NCBI GenBank assembly: GCA_021413965.1 | Contig: JAIOPI010000019.1 | Location: 4,585 to 68,584 of the forward strand | Reading direction: 5' to 3' | Source: Lentisphaerota bacterium | GTDB lineage: Bacteria; Verrucomicrobiota; Kiritimatiellia; UBA8416; JAIOPI01 | DNA length: 64,000 nt | In this document: positions 29,368 to 40,051 of the stretch, in pieces | Layout: each line of letters begins with the position of its first letter | How positions within the stretch are numbered: position 1 is the stretch's first letter | The notes under the pieces: model-generated | What the model was told of the DNA's origin: nothing | Seen by the model: the letters and a program-made list of their open reading frames with translations, nothing else | Databases searched by the model: none | Program-made: the position numbers and the translations under genes

Positions 29368-30226
29368 TTTGAGGCGCGTCACCCAGCCGGCGCTGACCGT
29401 CTTTCTGACGATCCTGGGGGGGGGGACGCTGTTCCTGCTGGGGGCTGGGCTCCCGTCCCATCGCCCGATGAACGGGTATCGGCTGGCCCCGCCGCCCGCC
29501 GCCACCGCGGCCCCGATCCGCTCGGCCAACCCGGGTCGCCTGGCACCCACGCTGCCCCGCTATCCGGCCATCTCGCGCGTGGCCACGCAGTCCGCCGAAC
29601 TCAATGGCGTTCCCGTGCAGACGCAAACCTTCCACTGCAGCGACCCCGCCGCCGATGTCATGGACTACTACCTCTCCCAGCTCGCGAGCCGCGGCTGGGA
29701 GGATCAAACGGAGGCGTTCTTCAAGATCACACCCTGCCTCGGGGACCGCACCCTCGACCCGCGCCAGCAGCAGGACCTTGCCGAGAAATACGACTTCACG
29801 CGTTCCACGCAGGCCGTGCTGGTGAAGCCGAATGAAAGCATCAACATCACCATCGAGCCGCAATCCGGTGGGGGCTCGAAAGTCAATCTGAGCTGGGCGG
29901 GCACCTCGGATCTGGTGAGTTTCTGGCGCAAGGTCTTGCAGCCTTCCGCCGCGCCCGCGAAGCCTCAGCAGTGGTTCCAGGCCGTGACGCGGAGCGGGCC
30001 GCAGCCGGGACGGATGCAGTTCTTTCGCAGCACGGATACGCCGGACGCCATGATCGCGACGCTGGCGGCGCGGATGCAGCGCGCCGGCTGGACGCCGCAA
30101 CTCCCGGCGGCCAATTCGGCCACGGGAGACAAGACCTGCCTGTTCGTTCAGGGCGACCGCTGGGCGTTTGCGACCGCTCGCACCGTCCGCCCCGGCGAGA
30201 CGTCGGCCGTCCTTGCGGAGCAGTAA
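29354..30226 (+). CDS. Hypothetical membrane-anchored protein, last gene of the pseudopilin operon
   Basis: N-terminal TM; two similar modules (DPAADVMDYYLSQLASRGW / DTPDAMIATLAARMQRAGW); start uncertain. Confidence 0.6.
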   Translation: MLSVDLRRVTQPALTVFLTILGGGTLFLLGAGLPSHRPMNGYRLAPPPAATAAPIRSANPGRLAPTLPRYPAISRVATQSAELNGVPVQTQTFHCSDPAADVMDYYLSQLASRGWEDQTEAFFKITPCLGDRTLDPRQQQDLAEKYDFTRSTQAVLVKPNESINITIEPQSGGGSKVNLSWAGTSDLVSFWRKVLQPSAAPAKPQQWFQAVTRSGPQPGRMQFFRSTDTPDAMIATLAARMQRAGWTPQLPAANSATGDKTCLFVQGDRWAFATARTVRPGETSAVLAEQ

Positions 30227-30261
30227 GTCACCGGATCAGCGGCAAACCGGCGTGGATGCGG

Positions 30262-32262
30262 TTATTGCAGCCGGCGCAGGCGTTCCGTGGCGCGGTCGTA
30301 GTAGATGTCGCCCGGCAGGGAGATCTCGAGGATATGCTTGTAGGCGGCGATGGCCCGCGGCGCCTGCCCGAGTTCCTCGAAGGCTTGTCCCTCGCGGTAG
30401 GACTTCTGGCTTTCCTGGGTGATCGCCTTGCGCAACTCCTGGGCGGCCTGCGTGGCCGCGCTGTTGGAGGGATCGGCCGCCGCGGCATGCTCGTAGGCCT
30501 GCACGGCGCCCTTGCGGTCGCCCCCGCGCATCTTGGATGCACCGTCGCTGGCTGAGGCCAGGCTGATGGCTTTCAGGCGCCCGTTGAGCGTGTCCGCCAT
30601 TTGGGCCGCCTCGATCCGGTAGGCATTGGCCTGGTCCGGCTCGGCATCCAGCAGTTCCTTGCAGATGGCCACGCCCCCCTGGATGGCGGGCACGTCGTCC
30701 GACGTCGCCAGGGCCGCCCCGGAGCGCACGCGCTCGATCAACATCGCGACGAGCGTGATGCGATCGCGCAGGGCGCTGAGCTCCTTGTCGCCCGGCGAAT
30801 CCCGCAGCGCGCGTTCCACGGCCGACAGCGCATCCGCCTGCCGCCCGCTACGATACAGGTCCCGCGCTTCGCCCGACGCCGCGGTGTAGGCCATCTGCTC
30901 GTCGGCGCGCTTGATCAATGCGGCCGCTTCGGTGTGATACACGCTGTTCGTGGACACGCTCATGAGCTTGCCCTTGGCCGCCTGGTATTCGGCCTGCTTC
31001 AGGTGCACACGCGCCTGATCCATGCAGGCCGCCGACCCCTGCTCGGAGCGCGCGCGCCCCTGCAGCCGCTTCAGCAGGTCGGACGACGGGTAGCTGTTGG
31101 AGGCTTTGTCCAGCAACCGGATCGCGTCTGTCCAGTTGCGGACCTCGAGTGCCAGCCGGGCTTCGCTGATGGCCTTGATGACTTCTTCCAGTTCCGTGGC
31201 GGCCGCGTTGCTCGGCTCCAGGCGGAAGACGGCGTAGCACGTCTCCAGCGCTTCGTCGAAATGTTCGCTCTCGGCGGCCGCCTGCGCCTTGGCGATGAGG
31301 GACACGATTTCCTCCTGGCGCTGGGCCTGATCGAGTCCCTGCGCGGCGCGGGGATCGTTCGGCTTCAGCGTCAGCGCGGCTTCGAAGTTATGGCGCGCGT
31401 CCGCGTAGTTGCCTTCGGCCAGCAACTGCTCGGCGCGGTTGGTCAACTCGACCGCCTGATCCTTCGGCCAGAGCAGAAGCGCCAGCAGGGTGATCAGAAA
31501 CACGCTGCCCGTCGCGATGAGTGCCACGCGGAGTGCCTTGCGCTTCTTCGCGAGGTCCACCACGCTGAAGGTGAAATACGTGCTGCCAATGCGCAGCTTC
31601 TGGCCATGCTTCAGCGGCTCGCGCTGTACGCGGGTGCCGTCGAGGAAGGTGCCGTTGGCGCTGTTGAGATCCTGAACGAAGAACTCCTGGCCCTGGTGCA
31701 GGATCTGGGCGTGATGAGTCGACGCGGCGTCGTCCGGCAGGACCACGGTGTTGTCCAGCCCGCGGCCCAGTGTCAGCACGCCTTCCCAGTTGCGGTACTT
31801 GGTGCCGCGAATGGCGCCGCTGGTGGCGGACAGGGTGTAATCGAGGGTGCCCTTCGGTTTTCCGGCGCCCATGCTCTTGACGCGATCCGACAGGTTCGGG
31901 TCGGCGACAAAGCGCGTGGCGCCTTCATCGTCTGCTTCCTGCTCGGGTTCCGGCTCGGGCGCCGCCTCCTCGCTGACGATGAAGCGGATGTCAAAGGGGC
32001 CGATGCCGATGGAATCCCCGTCCTTGAGCGTGGCTTCGCCGGAGATGCGCGACCCGTTCAGGCGCGTGCCGTTGCGGCTCGCGTTGTCCACGACCACGAA
32101 ACTGCCGCCGGCCTGCTTGATCAGCGCGTGCTCGCGGGAAACCTGGGTGTCTTCCAGCGGGAGGTCCGCCTGCTTGGAACGCCCCATCACGAACGAGGCC
32201 TTGGCGACGGTGGCCTTTGCAACCTGCTTGTTGTCCTGCGTAACGATCAGCGCTGCCTTCAT
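30262..32262 (-). CDS. Double-FHA + TM + TPR protein
   Basis: FHA1 (GRS..D....VSREHA...SRNGT.LNG) and FHA2 (GRG.DN....ASTHHA...SANGT); TM LIATGSVFLITLLALLLW; TPR repeats. Confidence 0.88.
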   Translation of the reverse strand: MKAALIVTQDNKQVAKATVAKASFVMGRSKQADLPLEDTQVSREHALIKQAGGSFVVVDNASRNGTRLNGSRISGEATLKDGDSIGIGPFDIRFIVSEEAAPEPEPEQEADDEGATRFVADPNLSDRVKSMGAGKPKGTLDYTLSATSGAIRGTKYRNWEGVLTLGRGLDNTVVLPDDAASTHHAQILHQGQEFFVQDLNSANGTFLDGTRVQREPLKHGQKLRIGSTYFTFSVVDLAKKRKALRVALIATGSVFLITLLALLLWPKDQAVELTNRAEQLLAEGNYADARHNFEAALTLKPNDPRAAQGLDQAQRQEEIVSLIAKAQAAAESEHFDEALETCYAVFRLEPSNAAATELEEVIKAISEARLALEVRNWTDAIRLLDKASNSYPSSDLLKRLQGRARSEQGSAACMDQARVHLKQAEYQAAKGKLMSVSTNSVYHTEAAALIKRADEQMAYTAASGEARDLYRSGRQADALSAVERALRDSPGDKELSALRDRITLVAMLIERVRSGAALATSDDVPAIQGGVAICKELLDAEPDQANAYRIEAAQMADTLNGRLKAISLASASDGASKMRGGDRKGAVQAYEHAAAADPSNSAATQAAQELRKAITQESQKSYREGQAFEELGQAPRAIAAYKHILEISLPGDIYYDRATERLRRLQ

Positions 32263-32269
32263 CTCTCCC

Positions 32270-33751
32270 CTATTCTTCCGTTGGTGCGTATGCCTTCACC
32301 AGATACTGAGCCTCCTGATAGGCCGGATCCCGGCGGTCGGGAATCATCTGCATCAGGCGCGCGGCTTCAAACTGCGCGGTGGCAAAGTCCTGCTGCATGG
32401 CGGCCGCCGTGACTTTGTACCGCTGGTCCCGGATGGCCTGCGCCAGCAGCCCGTTGGCCGAGGTCAGCTGCTTGGACAGGTCCGTGTAGAAATCGGGATG
32501 CGTGCCGAGGGCGGCGGATTTCTGCAGCGCCGCCTTGAAGCGCTCGATCGCGCGGAACAGATTCTCGGGCCGCACGGTGCGCGTGCGCACCAGGTCCTTC
32601 CCGATGTCGTAATCCTGCCGCGCGGCGTCCGTCAGCGTCGCGGGGCTGGTGACGGCCAGGCGGCGCATGGGCTCGTCGGGCAGCGGGTAGTCCACGTACT
32701 TCTGTGCGTCGGCCAGCGCAAAGCTGTTCAGGATGCTGTTGAACTGCTTGGCCACGGTGAAATACTGCGCCAGCGGCGCCGAGCATTCCACCGACAGGCG
32801 CGTGTCGCCCTGCACCACGTAGATCGCCTTGCCCTGGCGCTCCTTGGAGGTGAAGGCATAGAAGATGACGCGCACCTCGTTGATCGTCATGGGGTCGCTG
32901 CCCAGCAGCCGGAAGCCGGGATGGCGCTTGGCCAGCGCGTCCGCGTAGCCGGCAAAGCCGACGGTCAGCCCCTGCGCGCTGTTCTCCATGCTCTTGTCCG
33001 CCAGCACGTCGATGCGCACCCCGTCCGGGGACTCAAAGCGAATCACCACGCCGTCGACCCCTTGCTGCTTCTTCCAGCCGGCGGGATACGACATGGAGTA
33101 GCCATATTGCGCATCCTTGAAGGACGTCAACGTGGCCGCGGGGCCTGCGCCGCCGGAGGTCTGGCGCACAATCGCCACCGCCGCCACGCCTGCGATCAGC
33201 GCGAGAATGACGCCCCCCAGCACCATGCGCGACTTGGGGGTCGACATGACCGCGGTCCGTCGTCCCGGCTTGAGATCCCGCAATTCGGATGCGTCGAGCA
33301 TGCGCGTGTGCTCGGCCTCGAACACGCGCGTGTGGTCGTGCTGCTCCTGCGCGGGCTCGGCATCGTCCTCGGGCATGAAGCGGGTGCCTTCGCCCTCGTG
33401 GCCGTCGTCGTCCGCCGCGCCCTCGCCCTTGGCGGCCTTGGACGCGCCGGTGAAATCGAGGCGGAACTTCTGGCCGCCCACCTGCAACGTGTCCCCCTTG
33501 GCCAGCGGCGCGGCGCGCCCCAGCTTGGCGCCGTTGATCAGGCTGCCGTGCGAACTTCCGAGGTCCTCCACGACCACGGCATCCCGCGAGACCACGAACT
33601 TCATGTGCTTGCGCGACACGGTGGGGTCGTCGATGACCAGCTGGTTGGTCTGGGACCGGCCCGCCGTCAGCTCGCCCAGCGGCAGCGGAAACACCTCATC
33701 CGCGCGGGGCCCGCTCAGAAAGACTAGTTGGAAGCCGCTGTCCATGAGCAT
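32270..33751 (-). CDS. FHA + TM + periplasmic PsbP-like domain protein
   Basis: GRS......VSRKH...DLGSSHGS.ING FHA; acidic linker; TM; FKDAQYGYSMSYPAGW. Confidence 0.82.
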   Translation of the reverse strand: MLMDSGFQLVFLSGPRADEVFPLPLGELTAGRSQTNQLVIDDPTVSRKHMKFVVSRDAVVVEDLGSSHGSLINGAKLGRAAPLAKGDTLQVGGQKFRLDFTGASKAAKGEGAADDDGHEGEGTRFMPEDDAEPAQEQHDHTRVFEAEHTRMLDASELRDLKPGRRTAVMSTPKSRMVLGGVILALIAGVAAVAIVRQTSGGAGPAATLTSFKDAQYGYSMSYPAGWKKQQGVDGVVIRFESPDGVRIDVLADKSMENSAQGLTVGFAGYADALAKRHPGFRLLGSDPMTINEVRVIFYAFTSKERQGKAIYVVQGDTRLSVECSAPLAQYFTVAKQFNSILNSFALADAQKYVDYPLPDEPMRRLAVTSPATLTDAARQDYDIGKDLVRTRTVRPENLFRAIERFKAALQKSAALGTHPDFYTDLSKQLTSANGLLAQAIRDQRYKVTAAAMQQDFATAQFEAARLMQMIPDRRDPAYQEAQYLVKAYAPTEE

Positions 33752-34533
33752 CACCTCGTGTAGTTCTGAATCATCTGAATGAAGATCGGGGCGAAGATCA
33801 TGATGAACACGGCCGGGAAGATGCAGACGATCAGCGGCGCCAGCATCTTGACCGGCGCTTCCTGCGCCGCCTTCTCCGCCCGCTGCCCGCGGCGCGTGCG
33901 CGCCATGTCGGATTGCACGCGCAGGATTGGCCCGATGCTCGCCCCGAGCTTGTCCGCCTGGATCAGGGCCGACACGACGACCGACAGATCCGGCAGTTGC
34001 ACCCGGTTGGCCATTTCTCGCAAGGCCTCCCGCCGGGTGCGGCCCAGCTCCATCTGGCGGAACAGGCGCTCCATCTCTTCGCGAAAGGCGCCGGCGCGCT
34101 GCTTCTCCACCACGCGCCGCAGCGCCGTGATGAAATCCAGCCCCGCCTCCACCGAGATCGTCAGCAAATCGAGCGCGTCGGGAAGCTGCAGGGCGATCTC
34201 CTTGTGCCGCTTCTCAATGCGCTCCTTGATGTTGATCATGGGAAACTGAAAGCCGAAGGCGATCAGGCCCAGGTAGACGAGAATCTGCTTGGGGCCCTCG
34301 AACAGGAAATCGAACATGGGAATCTGGCGCAGGATCAGCGTGGCCGTGAGCGGGAAGATGACGGCGCTGACCAGCTGCAGGCCGAAGAGATCCGGCCCGC
34401 GCAATCCGCCGGGTTCGCCGGCAGACACCAGCTTCTGTTCCACGCCCTTGACGAATTCGTCGAGGCTGCCGCCGGCGGCGTCCCGGGCCCCGGCGCCAAT
34501 CTGCCCCAGCCATGTCTGTACGGTGCGATTCAT
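33751..34533 (-). CDS. tadC: TadC (T2SSF-family) pilus platform protein
   Basis: LPDALDLLTISVEAGL, QADKLG and AEKAAQEAPVKMLAPL..CIFP motifs. Confidence 0.92.
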   Translation of the reverse strand: MNRTVQTWLGQIGAGARDAAGGSLDEFVKGVEQKLVSAGEPGGLRGPDLFGLQLVSAVIFPLTATLILRQIPMFDFLFEGPKQILVYLGLIAFGFQFPMINIKERIEKRHKEIALQLPDALDLLTISVEAGLDFITALRRVVEKQRAGAFREEMERLFRQMELGRTRREALREMANRVQLPDLSVVVSALIQADKLGASIGPILRVQSDMARTRRGQRAEKAAQEAPVKMLAPLIVCIFPAVFIMIFAPIFIQMIQNYTR

Positions 34534-34543
34534 CGCGTGACCC

Positions 34544-35407
34544 TCAATACCTCACATCCGCAACCTTGCGGACCCAGAAATACCCGGCCAGATCCAGCAC
34601 CACCACCGCGACCAGCGCCAGAAAACCGGGGATGGTCGTCCAGAGCAGGCGCATGAGTTCCGGGTTGATCTTGGTGACGAAGAAGCCGAACACGTATGGC
34701 AGGAGCGCCACGACGGTGGCCTGCAGGCGCCCTTGCGCCGTCAGCGATTCCACCTTGCCCTCCAGCAGCTTGCGCGCCCGCACCATCGAGACGATGCGAT
34801 CGAAGATCTCCGCGATGTTGCCGCCCATCTGGCGCGTAATGGACACGGCGATGATGGCCAGCTCGAGGTCCGCGTCGCGCGTGCGCTTGGCGCAGTTTTC
34901 CAGGCTCTTGTCCAGATCCACGCCCACCTTGAACTCGCTCAGCACGAGTTCAAACTCCTGCGACAGTGGCGGCCGCGACTCCTCGACGAGCATCTCCAGG
35001 GCCTGCTGCAAGCTGAACCCGGCGCGCAGGCCGTTGGAGAGCAGCACCAGCCCGTCCACGAGCTGCTCGGCGAACTGCTTGCGCCGCTGCTTCCGGAGGA
35101 ACGCGATCAGCAGCTCGGGGCCGTAGTAGCCGATGATGGCGCCGACGCCCGCGGCAACCAGGGGCGCCGGGGGCTTGGACCCGTAGACCAGGAGGAAGAT
35201 AATGAGGCCGACCGCGGCGGCGCTGGCCAGCTTGATCACCGGGAGATGCTCGACCGGGATGAAGATGAACATCTCGTCGAGCTGGCGCGCCACGCTGGCC
35301 TTGCGGCGCTCCACGCTCTGCGCGACGTTGTTCTTCATCGGCACGTAGACGAGGTAGAACGCCACCACCACGGCTACGAAGGCCAGCAAAAGGACAAGCA
35401 GGAACAT
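34544..35407 (-). CDS. tadB: TadB pilus platform protein
   Basis: F.EQLVDGL..LSNGLRAGFSL.QAL, GGNIAEI and LTAQGRL motifs; ATG at 35407. Confidence 0.92.
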   Translation of the reverse strand: MFLLVLLLAFVAVVVAFYLVYVPMKNNVAQSVERRKASVARQLDEMFIFIPVEHLPVIKLASAAAVGLIIFLLVYGSKPPAPLVAAGVGAIIGYYGPELLIAFLRKQRRKQFAEQLVDGLVLLSNGLRAGFSLQQALEMLVEESRPPLSQEFELVLSEFKVGVDLDKSLENCAKRTRDADLELAIIAVSITRQMGGNIAEIFDRIVSMVRARKLLEGKVESLTAQGRLQATVVALLPYVFGFFVTKINPELMRLLWTTIPGFLALVAVVVLDLAGYFWVRKVADVRY

Positions 35408-35409
35408 GA

Positions 35410-36999
<1,590 letters not shown>

Positions 37000-37146
37000 G
37001 GGTACGCTCCAAATGACTGGCCCGCATTGCAAAACGCAACGCGGCATGTGCGAATGCCGGACTTCGAAATTCGGATTTCGAATGCTCGCCAGGCCTTGCC
37101 CGGTGGCAAGACCTGACGCGGTTCGGCTGGCCGTCGGATGCGATCC

Positions 37147-38544
37147 CTATTCCTTGGCAGGCTCTTCGTTCAACAGCCCGCGCCGCTGTTCGCTCAAGGG
37201 CGCCGTCTTGCTCTGCTCCGGGAACACCGGGGTCGGCGTGATGACCACCACCAGTTCGCGATTCTGTTTGCCGCTGGACTTCTCGGCGAAGAACATGCTC
37301 AGGAGCGGCACGTCACCCAGCAGCGGCGTCTTCTCCTTGAACCGCGACTCGAGTGTCTGCACCAGGCCTGATATCAGGATGCTCTCGCCCGTCTTGCACA
37401 AGGTCGTGCTGGTCGTGTCAAACTTGTCCAGGGCGAAGGTGCCGCCCGCCTGCGCGTTGGGGATGCTGACTTCAATCGTGATCTCGTTCATGACGCGGTC
37501 GCGCCCGCGCAGCACGGGCTTCACCGTCAGGATCACGCCGTATTCCACCTTCTCCAGGTTGCCGGCATTGACGCCCGTCACGCTGAAGTAGGTCTCACCC
37601 CCGGAGTGGAAGCGGCCCGTGTCCCCGCTCTTGGTGCTCAGGTGCGGCTGTGCCAGCACCTTGGCGTCGCCCGCGCCGACCAAGGCGTTGATGCGCGCCG
37701 AGACATTGCCGCTGACATTGAATGACGTCGTCGGGCCCTCGCCAGAACCGCCCGAGATCGATGCCCCGGCATCGATGGAGGCGCCCTTCAGGATGTTGTA
37801 GCCCGTCGACTTCGAGCCCTTGGTGTCGACCTGCACGAAGTAGACGTCGGTCTCGATCATCACTTCCTGAACCTTGATCAGGTTGACGACCGTGGGCACG
37901 CGCATCTTGGCCACTTCCGTTGCCCGCGTGACATCGGCTTCATCGTAGACGATCCCTTCAAGCGTGGCGGTGTCGCCGGACACGCGCACGGTGACCGTGT
38001 CCATGCCGATGTCCGTCTGGATGGCCTCCGCGACGAACTGGTTCAATTCCTTCCGGTCCAGCTTGACCAGGTTCAGAATCGCGCCGGAGTAGGCTTCCGC
38101 GACTTGCGACACGCGGTCGTAGTCGGATTTCGTCATCAGGCTGCCATCCAGAACGACCTTGCTGCCGACCTGCTTGACGGTCAGCCCCTCGACTTCGGAG
38201 AGCAGGGCGCGGATTTCTTCCGCGAGACCGCCGACGTCTGCCAGTGACTTGACAGTGACGGTAACGTCAGCCCCTTCCAGCGCCTCCACGCGGATGTCGG
38301 AGGTTCCCTCTTCGAGGCAGGTCACAATCACGGACTTGCCGTCGGAACTGGGCTTGGCATCGGCGACCGATGGATTGGACACCGTGATCTTCTTGACGCC
38401 ACCGGGCACGTCGACCTTCTGGGTCGTGCCAGGGACCAGCTGCAGGTTTGCGGCGCCTGCGCTCAACGCCAAGAGTGCCAGGGCCATGGATGCCAGAATC
38501 GGCATCTTTCCGTATTGCAGAATTTCACGCGCTGTTTTCATCAT
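37147..38544 (-). CDS. cpaC: RcpA/CpaC secretin with BON-like domains
   Basis: Signal peptide, N-terminal pilus-formation domain, LAQPHL..KSG, GGE, PLLGDVPLL and ELVVVITP motifs. Confidence 0.9.
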   Translation of the reverse strand: MMKTAREILQYGKMPILASMALALLALSAGAANLQLVPGTTQKVDVPGGVKKITVSNPSVADAKPSSDGKSVIVTCLEEGTSDIRVEALEGADVTVTVKSLADVGGLAEEIRALLSEVEGLTVKQVGSKVVLDGSLMTKSDYDRVSQVAEAYSGAILNLVKLDRKELNQFVAEAIQTDIGMDTVTVRVSGDTATLEGIVYDEADVTRATEVAKMRVPTVVNLIKVQEVMIETDVYFVQVDTKGSKSTGYNILKGASIDAGASISGGSGEGPTTSFNVSGNVSARINALVGAGDAKVLAQPHLSTKSGDTGRFHSGGETYFSVTGVNAGNLEKVEYGVILTVKPVLRGRDRVMNEITIEVSIPNAQAGGTFALDKFDTTSTTLCKTGESILISGLVQTLESRFKEKTPLLGDVPLLSMFFAEKSSGKQNRELVVVITPTPVFPEQSKTAPLSEQRRGLLNEEPAKE

Positions 38545-38574
38545 CAAACCTCCCTCGCCAGCCTGTGGCTCCCC

Positions 38575-39432
38575 TTACTTACCCGAATCCACTGATACCG
38601 CTTCCACCGATTGTCCCTTTTGAATCTGCACGATGCGCTGTTTGCGTTCCGCATCCAAATCGCCAATCAGCGACTCGATTTCCTTGAATGTGACGCGCGG
38701 GAGCTTGTCGCGCGACTCGGCCGCGACATCGCCCTCGCGGCGCAGGACCGCGGCCAGTTCGCCGTGCTCCGAGGCAAACATCAGCAGCTGCGCCTCAGGC
38801 AGGGTCACGGACACCGTCACATCCCCACCGCCTTCGCCGGGTTCTGTGAGGGGCTTGCCACCGAAATTCTCGCCGACCGCCAGGACGGTAACATTCTGCA
38901 GCAGAACGACATTCACCATGTCGGACTTCTCGCGCCAGGTCGCGGCGGTGCTGCCGGCCACGGGCGTTTTGGCCTCCTGCTTGTCGGCAAAGCTGCCAAT
39001 GATGTCCACGTGGTCGTTGGGCTGCAGCAGGCTGCCTCCCTTGACGCCACGCGAAATGGGGACCGAGAAGGCGCGCTCACCTTCCGGGATGAGCGTGGCG
39101 AATCCGCCGCGACTCTCAACCTCCAGGTCTGACCAGAGAATGACCTGACCGGCCGCGATGTCCACCCGGGTCTTGCGGCCCACGATCAATTTCACATTGT
39201 CGCTGCCTTCGATGGCCTGGGGTGGGATGAACGCCTCGGGAACGTCCTTGGGTGAGAGCATGTCGAGGGTGAGTTCCGTGCCGCGCGGCACATCCTGCGC
39301 CACCGCCACGACGGGACGCCCCTGCAATTGCGACTGCGCTTCACGCTCCACGCGCTTCACGTAGGACCGCACCGCAAGCAACGCCACCACGCCCAGGACA
39401 ACCGCAATGATCAACGGTAGTCGGTTTTGCAC
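38575..39432 (-). CDS. cpaB: Flp pilus assembly protein CpaB/RcpC
   Basis: SAF domain (VVAVAQDVPRGT), GERAFSV, LQPNDHVDI and LLQNVTVLAVG motifs. Confidence 0.92.
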   Translation of the reverse strand: MQNRLPLIIAVVLGVVALLAVRSYVKRVEREAQSQLQGRPVVAVAQDVPRGTELTLDMLSPKDVPEAFIPPQAIEGSDNVKLIVGRKTRVDIAAGQVILWSDLEVESRGGFATLIPEGERAFSVPISRGVKGGSLLQPNDHVDIIGSFADKQEAKTPVAGSTAATWREKSDMVNVVLLQNVTVLAVGENFGGKPLTEPGEGGGDVTVSVTLPEAQLLMFASEHGELAAVLRREGDVAAESRDKLPRVTFKEIESLIGDLDAERKQRIVQIQKGQSVEAVSVDSGK

Positions 39433-39462
39433 ACCAAAGACCCTCCCCTTGTTCCCAATCTT

Positions 39463-39486
39463 CCTGCGCCGGACCCCCGGCGCAGG
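39463..39486 (-). terminator. Stem-loop between flp and cpaB
   Basis: Perfect 10-bp stem CCTGCGCCGG-ACCC-CCGGCGCAGG; could tune the pilin:machinery ratio. Confidence 0.55.
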
Positions 39487-39516
39487 CGATGCGACAACCC
39501 ACCCGGAAGGGGGTTC

Positions 39517-39789
39517 TTAGTTGTTCGCCTTCTTGTCGAAAGCGTCCATGCTCTCCTTCTGCACGGCTTCCTGGCCTGACTTGGTCATGACCTGGCTGGC
39601 GCCCGCGCCCTGCGTGTCCTTGCCTCCCAGCGTGCCGGTGATGCGGGCGAAGGTCACCTTGATCTGCTGGCCGAACAGCGCGACGATCAGGATCGCGCCG
39701 ATCGCGATGACCGCGACGATGATGATGTACTCGGTCATTCCCTGGCCGGATTTCCGACGCAGCGACTTGTTCTTCACTGTGGGCATCAT
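39517..39789 (-). CDS. flp: Flp major pilin
   Basis: RRKSG|QGMTEYIIIVAVIAI; strong RBS AAGGAGGT. Confidence 0.92.
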   Translation of the reverse strand: MMPTVKNKSLRRKSGQGMTEYIIIVAVIAIGAILIVALFGQQIKVTFARITGTLGGKDTQGAGASQVMTKSGQEAVQKESMDAFDKKANN

Positions 39790-39981
39790 TGCTACCTCCT
39801 TGACGTTAAGGTCTATGGCGGGAGGATAGATTCTCGGTCAACGATTGAACAGAAAAAAACGCTACCCCACTAATCCGACCCCGCGCGGGGAGTATAGGCG
39901 CTTTTGGCACGCCTGTGGGGTGATTGCCTCCGTTTCGCACGAATCGCCCCAATCCCGCGCTGGGAAATGGGGAAAGCCTGC

Positions 39982-40011
39982 TTGTCGTGGTGGCGAGGCG
40001 CGGTCTATACT
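39982..40011 (+). promoter_or_regulatory. sigma70-type promoter for the second CpaF
   Basis: TTGTCG-18 nt-TATACT. Confidence 0.5.
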
Positions 40012-40051
40012 GCGGCAGACCTGACGGGAGGCACGCGGAAGGGAGTCTCGC

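Noticed and set aside
30262-33751. FHA proteins as T6SS or T3SS/T7SS components
   Set aside because: No tss, sct or ess genes in the window; the FHA genes are translationally coupled to tadC.
37050-37090. Short TTCGAA-type heptamer repeats between the secretin and FHA-CpaF genes
   Set aside because: Only about three degenerate units; too short to assign a function.
39904-39925. Possible sigma54 promoter (TTGGCACG) in the flp/cpaF2 intergenic region
   Set aside because: No TTGC -12 element at the required spacing; the same applies to TTGGCAC near 62700.
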